Below are positions 33,598 through 47,433 of a stretch of DNA of 64,000 nt, piece by piece. The notes under the pieces are model-generated. The model was not told the DNA's origin, made no database searches, and saw only the letters and a list, made by a program, of their open reading frames with translations. Origin of the DNA: the human T2T-CHM13v2.0 reference genome, Homo sapiens; NCBI RefSeq assembly GCF_009914755.1, contig NC_060935.1; one strand, 5' to 3'. The translations under genes and the position numbers were made by a program. Every line of letters begins with the position of its first letter. The stretch's first letter is position 1.

Positions 33598-36500
33598 CAT
33601 CTTGTTTCTTACTGAGCTCTTATGACAACTTAGTGAGGAGAAGGAATTATTATTATTATTTCAATTTTACAAAGAAAATTGAGTCATTGAGAAATCGAAT
33701 GGATTGCTCCAAGTTGCATCAGCAGTTATTGGTTAAGACAGCTTGTGTAGATGTCATGATTCCATTACCTTTTACCATTCATAGTCTCACCACCTTGAAT
33801 ATAGATACTAAGTCAAACACTTTATTTTACAGATGAGACAAATAGGGTACAGAGTAATTAACCCCAGGTCACATAGCCAGAGAAAAATGAAAGCTTCAGG
33901 CCTTCTGAGTCCTGGTTTACATGTAATCTGGTTCACACAAGGTTAAGAACATGGACTCTGTATCCACGCTATCTGGGCTCAAAGGCATCCGGAGCCACTT
34001 TGGCAAGGTGACCTTGAGCAGTTTTTCCTCCCTAAAAGGGGAATATAAAAATGTCTACATCAGGGTAATGGTAAGCATTAAAATAACAAATGCCTGAAAA
34101 TTATGGTCAGGAGTATCATATAATAATTGCTATTATTAAAGGAGAAAAAAATGGATACAGAAAAGAAACTGCCTAGGATTAAGGAGTTCAATGGATCTTG
34201 GAAGGAAAGAGTTTTAGCATTTGTATTGTAGTCCGGTTACACATTAAAGAATCTTGAACTCACTTCCAAAACTTCTGATTAAGGTCATCAAGACTAATGC
34301 CAATGGGAGGCAGTTATATATCTGGGGGGGTGGAGAAATACCGAATACTGGGCTTGAACTCTGGTTCTGACACAGCTATTTGACCTTCAGCAAATTATTT
34401 AAACTCTCTGTATGAAGATTTTCTCATTTACAAAATGGGAAGAGAAGTACTTAAAACTCAGAACAGTGTCTACACTACATAGGAAGTAATCAATAAATGT
34501 TGCTCATTATCATTACTAGATGTTGGAGCTGCTCAGTTCAACGCATATTAAATTAAAAGAGAAGAACTGTGACCGAATATAACAGGATTTCATCCTGGAG
34601 ACAAAAGATACAATTTGATCCTAGGTAGGGATGTTTACAGTGGTGGGTCCAGGTTTTAGTACGGAATGGCATAGCATACTAGAATCTTTTATTGTCAGCA
34701 GCATTAAACATATGTGCTCATGTAAATCACTACTGCAAAATTGATGGACACATAAGACAAGAATAAGAAGTTAGCAAGTTAATGAAAACAAAGAGGAAAT
34801 TGTACACTTAAGGGTGTGAAGTAGAAGAGGCTTTTTCTCTCCCATTATGAGAATCAGCACCTCATTTTTTATATTACAGATACACTGCATTTCATCTTCT
34901 TCAAAGTGCAAGAGCTGTCTTGAGCAAGATAAATAAAATGTAATCACTGTGAAACTGAATATTAATATATTTATTAGTATGAATATTAATAAATATAAAT
35001 TAAGTACAAATCAGGACCAATAGTAGCCCATAAGCCACTTTTGAGTAAAGTAGAAAAAGGTGCCCCTTTCTCAAAAGAATTTACTTTCATCTGTTAGGAA
35101 ATTGTCATAATATAATTATTTTCTTATAATTAAACACTTCACTACAATCTGCCCCAAAATTGTAATGAATGTACAAATTTAAGATGTGAGTGATGTTAGT
35201 GGTATGCCCTAGGATTGTGTAGTGAAAATATGAACAACTGTATACCAGTGGGTCCGCTTAATGTGTGTTTAATGAATGAAGTATTTGTCATAAAAATTCA
35301 CTTTGCTAAACGCTGAAAATGTGCATATTTAAGAAAATATGGTCTCAGCCCTCATGAAGCTCACAACCAAATAAACAAATGAGTACACTATGGTATAGTA
35401 AGTGATGTGTTACAGGGGAGAAATTCCTAAACTGAGTAGGAGTCTGTATTAACAGATTTGCACATACTTTAATGGCAGTGATTATAAAAACTAAAACAGC
35501 CACCCCCAATTATCTGGAGTAGGTCGATGCTCATTATTGTCACTCTTTGCTTCAGTTGACAGATGCCTTAAACCAAAGAAAACAAAGCCACAGCAAGTTT
35601 GCTTCCAGAGGCAAACTATTCCTATAGTTAGTGAACCTGCTAGGAAGGCATAGCTAATTTATCCCACTGGAAAGAGATAAGGGAAAGAAGGTAAGTGAAA
35701 GGGAAATAAAAGCAAGAGATTTGAGGGAATATTCTTCAGAGCAGAAAACAGAAAAGCAGAAGTATAAAGAGAACAAGTACAAAGGAGGAGGAATAGTGGG
35801 AAAGAAGAGAAATAAGTGACATGATCAAGGCAGTACCTTATTATTACATGCATGCAGTGTACATCTGCAAAAAATTAAAAGTAAAAGAAAAATAAGGACA
35901 AAAAAGAGGAAGCATAAAATGAGAAAGAAAAAGAAAGCTTGGAAATGAAGAGAGGAAACATGGCATTTAGCTAGACTCCAAGACACTTACAAAAGTAGTC
36001 TATGAGTCTCTTGCAGCGTTAAAGAACATAGACATTATAAGAGAGGGTACTAGTTGGGATATTGAATTCTCAAATTGCTTTGACCTCAAGTTTATCATGT
36101 TGAATTTGCAAATATTAATAACAAATTTGTTGTTGAAATATTAGGCTTGCAGCATAGCAGTTTTGATACCACTAATTTCTATTGTTTCACATCTGTAAAA
36201 TATAGGTGTTGCAAATTGTACCTAATTGTGATGATCAATGTCATTCAGTCATATGCATACATCCACATTTTGAGCATACGAAATGGATAATTATTCTGTC
36301 AACAGATAGATCTGTAAAATGATAGATGATACATTTATTTGATTGATGGGAGTGATAAGCGGTGTTGAGGAAAATAGTGATTTTAGCCTCATGGAAGAAT
36401 TATTCAAGTAGAAATATGAGAATTCCAATACAAAAAATAGCTCTAATTCTAGCCTAAGAACAAGAAATATAACCAATTTGCTTATTCATACTATCACAAA

Positions 36501-36659
36501 TAAGAAAAAGCCCTCCACTTCTACACCTCTGACTGCAGTGTCTTTTCTCATTCTCCAAACTTATCTAAATTTAAATATTTCAAGGCTAAAACAAAATGCT
36601 CCTCTGCAAATCCATTCTATTCTCCCCTATGCTGTATCACCAATGTGTTTTTGGTAATT

Positions 36660-37015
36660 GAACTCAGGTCCAATTTGAGCTCTGATTAGTCTAAGCCAAT
36701 CATGTTTAAATCATGTCCTATCTTCTTTTCCAGGCCTGAGCAAATCAACCCATGTCATTCCCCTGGTGATATTTTAGAGTTAGGAATAAGCATATGGCCT
36801 AAGTCGGCTCAATAAGACTGAAGGAAATGATTTTTGTTCAATAGCTGGCAGGAGGCATCCATTCTCTTCTGTTTGATAAAATAAGGAATTGTATAGTCCT
36901 CATTGCTCTGGCAGGTAGCTGACCACAGACCATGAGGAAGAACAGCCCTAGGATGAAACAACATGATGGATGGTAGGGAGGTAAGACAGAGGAACCTGGA
37001 TTCCTGATGACATTC
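36660..37015 (+). mobile_element. MLT1 (MaLR) LTR, first part; remainder at 49103-49245
   Basis: ggaacctggattcctgatgacattc continues after 12 kb as gatgacattcatgattc...caataaatttccttg...ttaaaccagtttg...ctgaaagtatccaactga. Confidence 0.7.
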
Positions 37016-37358
37016 TTTTTTTCCCATAGGTTATTGGGGAACAGGAGGTGCTTGGTTACATAAGTTCTTTAGTCGCGATTTGTGAGATTTTAATGCACCC
37101 ATCACCTGGGCAGTATACACTGCACCATATTTGTACTATTTTATCCTCGCCCCTTTCCATTCTTTTCCACGGAGTCCCCAGAGTTCACTGTGTTATTCTA
37201 ATGCCTTTGCATCCTCATAGCTCAGCTCCCACTTATGAGTGAGAACATATGATGTTTGGTTTTTCATTCTATGTAATTTCACTTAGAATAATAGTCTCCA
37301 ATCTCATCCCAGTCTCTGTGAATGCTGCTAACTCATTCCTTTTGATGGCTGAGCAGTA

Positions 37359-37428
<70 letters not shown>

Positions 37429-39507
37429 CACAGTTTCTTAATCCACTCATTGATGGATGGGCATTTGGGTGGGTTCTACGTTTTTGCAATTGTAAACTGT
37501 GCTGCTATAAACATGTGTGTGCAAATATCTTTTTCGTATAATGATTTATTTTCCTCTGGGTAGATAGCCAGTACTGAGATTGTTGGATCAAATAGTGGTT
37601 CCACTTGTAGTTATTTAAGAAATCTCCAAACTGTTTTCCATAGTGGTTGTACTAATTTACATACCCACCAGCAGTGTAGAAGTGTTCCCTCTTCACCGCA
37701 TCCCTGCCAATATCTACCATTTTTTGATTTTTTATTGTGGCCATTCTTGCACGAGTAAGGTGGTATCGCATTGGACTTTTGATTTGCATTTCCCTGATCA
37801 TTAGTGATGTTGATCATTTTGTGTATGTTTGTTGGCCATTTGTATATCTTCTTTTGAGAACTGTCTATTCATGTCCTTAGCCCACTTTTTGATGAAATTG
37901 TTTTCTTCTTGCTAGTTTGAGTTCATTGTAGATTCTAGATATTAATCCTTTGTCTGATGTATAGATTCTGAAGATTTTTTCCCACTCTGTGGGTTGTCTG
38001 TTTACTCTGCTGACTGTTCCTTTTGCTGTACAAAAGCTCTTTAGTTTAATTAAGCCCCAGCTATTTATCTTTGTTTTTATTGTGTTTGTTTTTGGGTTCT
38101 TGGTCATGAAATCCTTGCCTAAGCCAATGTCTAGAAGGATTTTTTTGATGTTATATTCTAGAATTTTTAGAGTTTCCGGTCTTAGATTTAAGTCCTTAAT
38201 CCATGGTGAGTTGATTTTTGTATAAGGTGAAAGATGAGGATCCAGTTTCATTCTCCTACATGTGGCTAGCCAATTATTCCAGCACCATTTGTTGAAAAAG
38301 GTGTCCTTTCCACACTTTATGTTTTGGTTTGCTTTGTTGACGATCAGTTAGCTGTATTTCGGTTTGTTTCTGGGTTCTGTATTCTATTCCATTGGTCTGT
38401 GTGCCTATTTTTATACCAGTGCCATGCTGTTTGGGTGACTATGGCCTTATAGAATAGTTTGAAATCAGGTAATGTGATGCTTCCAGGTTTGTTATTTTTG
38501 CTTAGTCTTGCTTTGGCTATGCAGCCTCTTTTTTGGTTCTATATGACATTTAGAATTTTTTTTTAGTTCTCTGAAGAATGATGGTGGTATTTTGATAGGA
38601 ATTGCATTGAATTTGTAGATTGCTTTTGGCAGTACGGTCATTTTCACAATATTGATTCTACCCATTCATGTGCATGGGATGTGTTTCCATTTGTTTGTGT
38701 CATCTATGATTTCTTTCAGCAGTGTTTTGTAGTTTTCCTTGTAGAGGCCTTTCACCTCCTTGGTTTGGTATATTCCTAAATATTTCACTTTTCTTCCAGC
38801 TATTGTAAAAGGGGTTGAGTTCTCAATTTGATTATCAGCTTTGTCGTTGTTGGTGTATAAAAGAGCTACTGATTTGTGTACATTAATTTTGTTTTCTGAA
38901 ACTTTGCTAAATTCTTTTATCAGTTCTAGGAGCTTTCTGGAGGAGTCTTTAGGGTTTTCTAAGTAAACAATCACATCATCAGCAAACAGCGACAGTTTGA
39001 CTTCCTCTTTACTGATCTGGATGCCCTTTATCTCTTCCTCTTGTCTGATTGCTCTGGCTAGGGCTTGCAGTACTGAGTTGAAGAGAGGTGGTCTGAAAGA
39101 GTGCTTGATATAATTTCAATTTTCGTAAATTTGTTGAGGCTCATTTTGTGGCCTATCATATAGTCCATCTTGGAGAAAGTTTCATGCGCTGTTGAATAGA
39201 ATGTATATTCTGCGGTTTTTGGATGTAATATTCTATATATATCTGTTAAGTCCATTTGTTCCAGCGTATAGTTTTAATACATTGTTTCTTTGTTGACTTT
39301 CTCTCTTGATGATCACTCTATTGCTGTAAGTGGAGTATTGAAGTCCCCCACTATTACTGTGCTGATGTCTGTCTCATTTCTTACATCTATTAGCGGTTGT
39401 TTTATAAATTGGGTAGCTCCAGTGTTAGGTGCATATATCTTTATGATTGTGACATTTTCCTGTTGGACAAGGCATTTTATCATTATATAATGTCCCTCTT
39501 TCTCTTT

Positions 39508-42500
39508 CTTTCATTATTATACTTTAAGTTCTGGGAGACATGTGCAGAACGTGCAGATTTTTTACATAGGTATACACATGCCATGGGGGTTTGCTGCACT
39601 CACCAACTGGTCATCTACATGAGGTATTTCTCTTAATGCTATCCTTCCCCTAGCCCCACACCCCCTGACAGGCCCCAGTGTATGATGTACCTCTCCCTGT
39701 GTCCATGTGTTCTCATTGATCAACTCCCACTTATGAGTGAGAACATGCAGTGTTTGGTTTTCTCTTCCTGTGTTAATTAGCTGAGAATGATGGTTTCCAG
39801 CTTCATCCATGTCCCTGCAAGGGGCATGAACTCATCCTTTTTATGGCTGCATAGTATTCCATGGCATATATGTGCCACATTTTCTTTATCCAGTCTAACA
39901 TTTATGGGCATTTGGGTTGGTTCCAAGTCTTTGCTATTGTGAATAGTGCCACAATAAACATACATGTGCATGTGTCTTTATAGTAGAATGATTTCTAATT
40001 CTTTGGGTTTATACCCAGTAATGGGACTGCTGGGTCAAATGGTATTTTTAGTTCTAGATCCTTGAGGAATTGCCACACTGTCTTCCACAATGGTTGAACT
40101 AATTTACACTCCCAACGACAGTGTAAAAGCATTCCTATTTCTCCACATCCTCTCCAGAATCTGTTGTTTCCTGACTTTTTAATGATCACCATTCTAACTG
40201 ATGTGAGATGGTTTCTCATTGCGATTTTGATTTGCATTTCTCTAATGACCAGTGTTGATGAGTTTTTTTTCATATGTTTGCTGGCTGCTTAAATGTCTTC
40301 TTTTGAGGGTGTCTGTTCATATCCTTTGCCCACTTTTTGTTGGGTTTTTTTCTTGTAAATTTATTTAAGTTCTTTGTAGATTCTGGATATTAGCCCTTTG
40401 TCAGATGGATAGACTGCAAAAATTTTCTCCCATTCTGTAGGTTGCCTGCTCACTCTGATGATAGTATCTATCATCAGATACTAACTAAACTAAAGAGTGG
40501 AAGCTCTTTAGTTTAATTAAATTTCATATGTCACTTTTGGGTTTTGTTGCCATTGCTTTTGGTGTTTTAGTCATGAAGTCTTGGCCCATGCCTATGTCAT
40601 GAATGGTATTGCCTAGGTTTTCTTCTATGGTTTTTACGGTTTTTAGGTCTTACATTTAAGTCTTTAATCCATCTTAAGTTTATTTTTGTAAAAGGTGTAA
40701 GGACGGGGTCCAGTTTCAGTTTTCCGCATATGGCTAGCCAGTTTTCCCAACACCACTTATTAAATAGGGAATCCTTTCCCCATTGGTTGCTTTCGTCAGG
40801 TTTGTCAAAGATCAGATGGTTGTAGATGTGTGACATTATTTCTGAGGCTTCTGTTCTGTTCCATTAGTCTATTGTCAAAGATCAGATGGTTGTAGATGTG
40901 TGACATTATTTCTGAGGCTTCTGTTCTGTTCCATTAGTCTATACATCTGTTTTGGTACCAGTACCATGCTGTTTTGGTTACTGTAGCCTTGTACTATAGT
41001 TTGAAGTCAGGTAGCATGATGCCTCCAGCTTTGTTCTTTTTGCTTAGAATTGTCTTGGCTATACAGACTGTTTTTTGGTTCCATATAAAATTTAAAGAAG
41101 TTTTTTTTAATTCTGTGAAGAAAGTCATTGGTAGCTTGATGGGGATAGCATTGAATCTGTAAGTAACTTTAGGCAGTATGGCCATTTTCACAATATTGAT
41201 TCTTCCTATCCATCAGTATGGAATGTTCTTCCATTTGTTTGTTTCCTCTGTCATTTCCTTGAGCAGTGGTTTGTAGTTCTCCTTGAAGAGGTCCTTCCCG
41301 TCCCTTGTAAGATGTATTCCTAGGGATTTTATTCTCTTTGTGGCAATTGTGAATGGGAGTTCACTCATGATTTGGCTCTCTGTTTGTCTATTGTTGGTGT
41401 GTAGAAATGCTTGTGATTTTTGGACATTAATTTTGTATCCTGAAACTTTGCTGAAGTTGCTTATGAGCATAAAGAGCTTTTCGGCTGAGATGATGGGATT
41501 TTCTAAATATACAATAATGTCATCTGCAAACAGAGACAATTTGACTTCCTCTCTTCCTATTTGAATATGCTTTATTTCTTTCTCTTGCCTGATTGCCCTG
41601 GCCAGAACTTCCAATACTATATCGAATAGGAGTGGTGAGAGAGGGCATCCTTGTCGTATGCCAGTTTTCAGAGAGAATGCTTCTAGCTTTTGGCCATTCA
41701 GTATGATATTGACTGTGAGTTTGTCATAAATAGCTCTTATTATTTTGAGATATGTTCCATCAATACCCTTGTTTATTGAGAGTTTTTAGCATGAAGTGGT
41801 GTTGAATTTTATCAAAGGCCTTTTCTGCATCTATTGAGATAATCATGTGGTTTTTGTCTTTGGTTCTGTTTATGTGATTAATAACTTGTATTGATTTGTG
41901 TATATTGAACAAGCCTTGCATCCCAGAAATGAAGCTGACTTGATCATGGTGGATAAGCTTTTTGATGTGTTGCTGGATTTGGTTTGCCAGTATTTTATTG
42001 AGGATTTTTGCACCGATGTTCATCAGGGATACTGACCTGAAATATTCTTTTTATGGTGTGTCTCTGCCAGGCTTTGGTATCAGGATGATGCTGGCCTCAT
42101 CAAATGAGTTAGGGAGGAGTCTCTCTTTTTCTATTGGTTGGAATAGCTTCAGAAGGAATGACACCAGCTCCTCTTTATACCTCTGGTAGAATTCGGCTGT
42201 GAATCTATCTGGTCCTCAGCTTTTTTTGGTTGGTAGGCTATTAATTACTGCTTCAATTTCAGAGCTTGTTATTGGTCTATTCAGGGATTCAACTTCTTCT
42301 TGCTTTAGTCTTGTGAGGGTGTATGTGTCCAGGAATTTATCCATTTCTTCTAGATTTTCTAGTTTATTTGCATAGAGGTGTTTACAGTATTCTCTGATGG
42401 TCATTTGTATTTCTGTGGCTTCAGTGGTGATATCACACTTATTTTTTATTGTGTCTATTATATTCTTCTCTCTTTTCTTCTTTATTAGTCTGGCTAGCAG

Positions 42501-45500
42501 TCTATCTATTTTGTTGAACAAAAAAACAGCTCCTGGATTCATTGATTTTTTTGAAGGGTTTTTAATGTCTCTATCTCTTTCAGTTCTGCTCTGATCCTAG
42601 TTATTTCTTGCTTTCTGCTATTTTTTGAATTTGTTTTCTCTTGTTCTTCTATTTCTTTTAATTGAGATGTTAGGGTGTCGATTTTAGATCTTTCTCACTT
42701 TCTCCTGTGGACATTTAGTGCTATAAATTTCCCCCTAAATACTGCTTTACCTGTGTCCCAGAGATTCTGATACAGTACACTTTGTTTTTGTTCTCATTGG
42801 TTTCAAAGAACTTATTTATTTCTGCCTTAATTTTGTTATTTACCCAGTAGTCACTCAGGAGTAGGTTGTTCAGTTTTCATGTAGTTGTGTGGTTTTGAGA
42901 GAGTTTCTTAATTCTGAGTTCTAATTTGATTGCACTGTGGTCTGAGAGACTGTTTATTATGATTTCCATTCTTTTGCATTTGCTTAGGAGTGTTTTACTT
43001 CCAATTATGTGGTCAATTTTAGAATAAGTGTGATGTGTGCTGAGAAGAATGTATATTCTGTTGATTTGGGGTGGAGAGTTTTTTAGATGTCTATTAGGTC
43101 TGCTTGGTCCAGAGCTGAGTTCAAGTCCTGAATATCCCTGTTAATTTTCTGTCTCATTGATCTGTCTAATATTGACAATGGGGTGCTAAAGTGTCCCACT
43201 ATTACTGTGTGGGAGTCTATGTCTCTTTGTAAGTCTCTAAGAACTTGATTTACGAATCTCAGTGCTCCTGTATTAGGTGTATATATATTTAGGATAGTTA
43301 GCTCTTCTTGTTGCATTGATCCCTTTACCATTAAGTAATTCCCTTCTTTGTCTTTTTTACTCTTTGTTGGTTTATCAGAGACTAGGATTGTAACCACTGC
43401 TTTTTGTTTGCTTTCCATTTGCCTAGTAAATATCCTTCCATCCCTTTATTTTGAGCCTGTGTGTGTCTTTGCACATGAGATGGGTCTCCTGAATACAGCA
43501 CACTGATGGGTCTTGGCTCTTTATCCTATTTTCCAGTCTATGTCTTTTAATTGGGGCATTTAGCCCATTTACATTTAAGGTTAAGATTATTATGTGTGAA
43601 TTTGATCCTGTCATTATGATGCTAGCTGTCAGTAAGTTGATGCAGTTTTTCATAGTGTCGATGGTATTTACAATTTGGTATGTTTTTGCAGTGGCTTGTA
43701 CTGGTTGTTCCTTGACATATTCAGTGCTTCCTTCAGGAACTCTTTTAAGGCCAGGCCCTGTGGTAACAAAATCTCTCAGCATTTGCATGTGTGTAAGAAA
43801 TTCTATTTCTCCTTCGCTTATGAAGCTTAGTTTGGCTACATATGAAATTCTGGGTTGAAAATTATTTTCTTTAAGAGTGTTGAATATTGGCACCCACTCT
43901 CTTCTGGCTTGTAGGGTTTCTTAAGAGAGATCTGATGTTAGTCTGATGAGATTCCCTTTGTGGGTAACCCAACCTTTCTCTCTGGCTGCCCTTAATCTTT
44001 TTTACCTTCATTTCAACCTTAATAAATCTGTCGATTATGTGTCTTGGGATTGCTCTTCTTGAGGAGTATCTTTGTGGTGTTCTCTGTATTTCCTGAATTT
44101 GAATGTTGGCCTACCTTTCTAGGTTGGGGAAGTTCTCATGGATAATATCCTGAAGCGCAAGCATGTTTTCCAACTTGGTTCCATTCTTCTCATCATTTTC
44201 AAGTACACCTATCAAATGTAGGTTTGGTCTTTTCACATAGTCCCATATTTCTTGAAGGCTTTATTCATTCCTTTTCATTCTTATTTCTCTAATCTTGTCT
44301 GCATGCTTTATTTCATTAAGTTGATCTTCAATCTCTGATATCATCTCTTCCACTTGATCAACTCGGCTATTGATACTTGCATATGCTTCACAAAGTTCTC
44401 ATGCTGTGTTTTTCAGCTCCATTAGGTAATTTATGTTATCCTCTCAACTGGTTATTCTAGTTAGCAATTCATCTAACCTTTTTTCAAAGTTCTTAGCTTC
44501 CTTGCATTGGGTTAGAACATGCTCCTTTAGCTAGGAGGAGTTTGTTATTACCCACATTCTGAAGTCTACTTCTGTTAATATTTCAAACTCATTCCCCATC
44601 CAGTTTTGTTCCTTTACTGGCAAGGAGTTGTGATCCTTTGGAGGTGAAGAGGCATTCTGGTTTTTGGAATTTTCAGCCTTTTTGTGCTGGTTTTTCCCCA
44701 TTTTCATGGATTTATCTACCTTTGGTCTTTGGTTGGTGACCTTTGGATGGGGTTTTCATGTGCATGTCCTTTTTGTGGATGTTGATGCTATTCCTTTCTG
44801 TTTTTTAGTTTTCCTTCTAACAGTCAGGCCCCTCTGCTGCAGGTCTGCTGGAGTTTGCTGGAGGTCTACTCCAGACCATGTTTGCCTAGGTATCACCAGT
44901 GAAGTATGCAGAACAGCAAAGACTGCTGCCTGTTCCTTCCTCTGGAAGCTTCGTCCCAGAGGGGTGCCCACCAGATGCCAGCCAGAGTTCTCCTGTATGA
45001 CATGTCTGTAGACTCCTGCTGGGAGGTGTCTCCCAGTTAGGAATCTTGGGGGTCAGGGACCCACTCGAGGAGGCAGTCTGTCCCTTAGCAGAGCTTGAGT
45101 GTGCTGGGAGATCCACTGCTATCTTCAGAGCTGGCAGGCAAGAATGTTCAAGTCTGCTGAAGTTGAGCCCACATCCCCCCTTCCCCCAGGTGCTCTGTCC
45201 CAAGGAGATGGGAGTTTTACCTATAAGCCCCCTGACTGTGGCTGCTGCCTTTCTTTCAGAGATGTCCTGCCCAGAAAGGAGGAATCCAGAGATGCACTCT
45301 GGCTACAGTGGCTTTGCCAAGCTGTGGTGGGCTCTGCCCAGTTTGAACTTCCTGACAGCTTTGTTTACACTGTGAGGGAAAAACCAACCACCTACTCAAG
45401 CTTCAGTAATGGTGGATGCCCCTCCCCCCACCAAGCTCGAGCATCCCAGGTTGACTTCAGACTGCTCTGCTGGCAGCAAGAATTTCAAGCCAGTGGATCT

Positions 45501-46056
45501 TAGCTTGCTGGGCTCCCTGGCCGCAGGATCCACTGAGCTAGACCACTTGGCTTCCTGGCTTCAGCCCCATTTCCAGAAGAGTGAACAGTTGTGTCTTGTT
45601 GGCATTCCAGGTGCCATTGGGGTATTAAAAAAATAAAAATAAAGATAAAATAAAAATGAAAAAAACACTCCTGCCACTAGCTCAGTGTCCAAACAGCTGC
45701 CCAGTTTTGTGCTTGAAAAGCCAGGGCCCTGGTGGTGTAGGCACCTGAGGGAATCTCCTGTTTTGTGGGTTGTGAAGACCACGGGAAAAGCATAGTATCG
45801 GAGCCGGAGTGTACCATTCCTCATGGCACAGTTCCTCACAGCTTCCCTTGGCAAGAGGAGAGAGTTCCCTGACCCCTTGCATTTCCCTGCTTCAGCTTGT
45901 CCTTTGTGGGTTGCACCCACTGTTTAACCAGTCCCAATGAGATGAGCTGGGTACCTCAGTTGGAAATGCAGAAATCACACCCCTCCTGCGTTGATCTCGC
46001 TGGGAGCTACAGACCGGAGCTGTTCCTATTCGGCCATCTTACCAGCCATCCATCCC
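39508..46056 (-). mobile_element. Full-length L1PA7-like LINE-1 nested in the L1PB endonuclease region
   Basis: 5' end aagatggccgaataggaacagctccggtctgtagctcccagcgagatcaacgcag on the minus strand. TSD tccctcttt.t.ttt at ~39493 and ~46057. Host L1PB sequence resumes in register. Confidence 0.93.
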
Positions 46057-47189
46057 TCCCTCTTTTTTTTTTTTAACTGCTGTTGCTTTGAAGTTTGTTT
46101 CATCTGACATAAGAATAGCTACTTCTGCTTGCTTTTTGTGTCCATTTGCCTGAAATGTCTTTTTTCACCCGTTTACCTTAGGTTTGTGCAAGTCCTTATG
46201 TGTTAGGTGGGTCTCTTGAAGGCAGCATATAGTTGGTTAGTGAATTCTTAACCTTTCTGCAATTCTGTATCTTTTAAGTGGAGGATTTAGGTCATTTACA
46301 TTCAATGTTAGTCTTGAAATGTGAGGTACCATTCCATTCATCATGCTATTTGTTGCCTGTATACCTTGGTTTTTTGTTTTTTGTTTTTGTTTTTCTTGAA
46401 TTGTACTTTTGTTTTCTTGGTCCTCTGAGATTTAGGCTTTAAACAGTTTCCATTTTGATGTGTTTCCAGGATTTGTTTCAAGATTTAGAGCTCCTTTTAG
46501 CAGTTTTTGCAGTGGTGGGTCGGTAGTGGCAAATTCTCTCAGCATTTGTTTTTCCGAAAAAGGCTGCATCTTTCCTTCATATATAAAGCTTAGTTTCACT
46601 GGATACACAATTTTTGGCTGATTATTGTTTTATTTGAGGAGGATGAAGATAGGGCCCCAATCCCTTCTAGCTTGTAAAGTTTCTGCTGAGAAATGTGCTT
46701 TTAATCTGATAGGTTTTCCTTTATAGGTTACCTGGTGCTTTTGTCTCAGTTCTTAAGATTCTTTCCTTCATCTTAACTTTAGATAACCTGATAACAATGT
46801 GCCTAGGCAATAATCTTTTTGCAATGAATTTCCCAGGAATTCTTTGTGCTTACCTGTATTTGGATGTCTAGGTCTCTAGCAAGGCCAGGAAAATTTTCCT
46901 TGATTATTCCTCTAAATATGCTTTCCAATTTTTAGATTTCTTTTCTTCCTCAGGAACTCAGATTACTCTTAGGTTTGGTTGTTTAACATAATCCCAGATT
47001 TCTTGGAGGCTTTGTTCATATTTTCTTCTTTTCCCTTTGTCTTTGTTGGGTTGGGTTAATTTGAAGACCTTGTCTTCAAGCTCTAAATTTCTTTCTTCTA
47101 CTTGTTCAATTCTATTGTTGAGATTTTCCAGAGCATTTTGCATTTTTATAACTGTGTCCATTGTTTCCTGAAGTTTTTATTTTTTTTTG

Positions 47190-47433
47190 GTGGGGGGGAT
47201 TTGTCGGGGTTTCTTTGTTTCTTTGTTTTTTGAGATGATTCTCTTGCCTCAGCCTCTGGAATAGTGGGGATTATAGACACGTGCCACCACATCTGGCTGA
47301 TTTTTGTATTTTTAGTAGAGATGGGGTTTTACCACATTGGTCAGGCTGGTCTCAAACCCCTGACCTCAAGTGATCTGCTCATCTCAGCCTCCCAAGGTTC
47401 TAGGACTACAGGCACGAGACACCACACCTGGCA
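47190..47433 (-). mobile_element. Alu (old S/J-like) with internal deletion in the right arm, inserted in L1PB ORF1
   Basis: tttgagat joined directly to gattctcttgcctcagcc. Left arm intact to cacctggc. Confidence 0.88.

Noticed and set aside
36225-36300. Possible C/D-box snoRNA (gtgatga)
   Set aside because: No properly placed CTGA D box or terminal stem.
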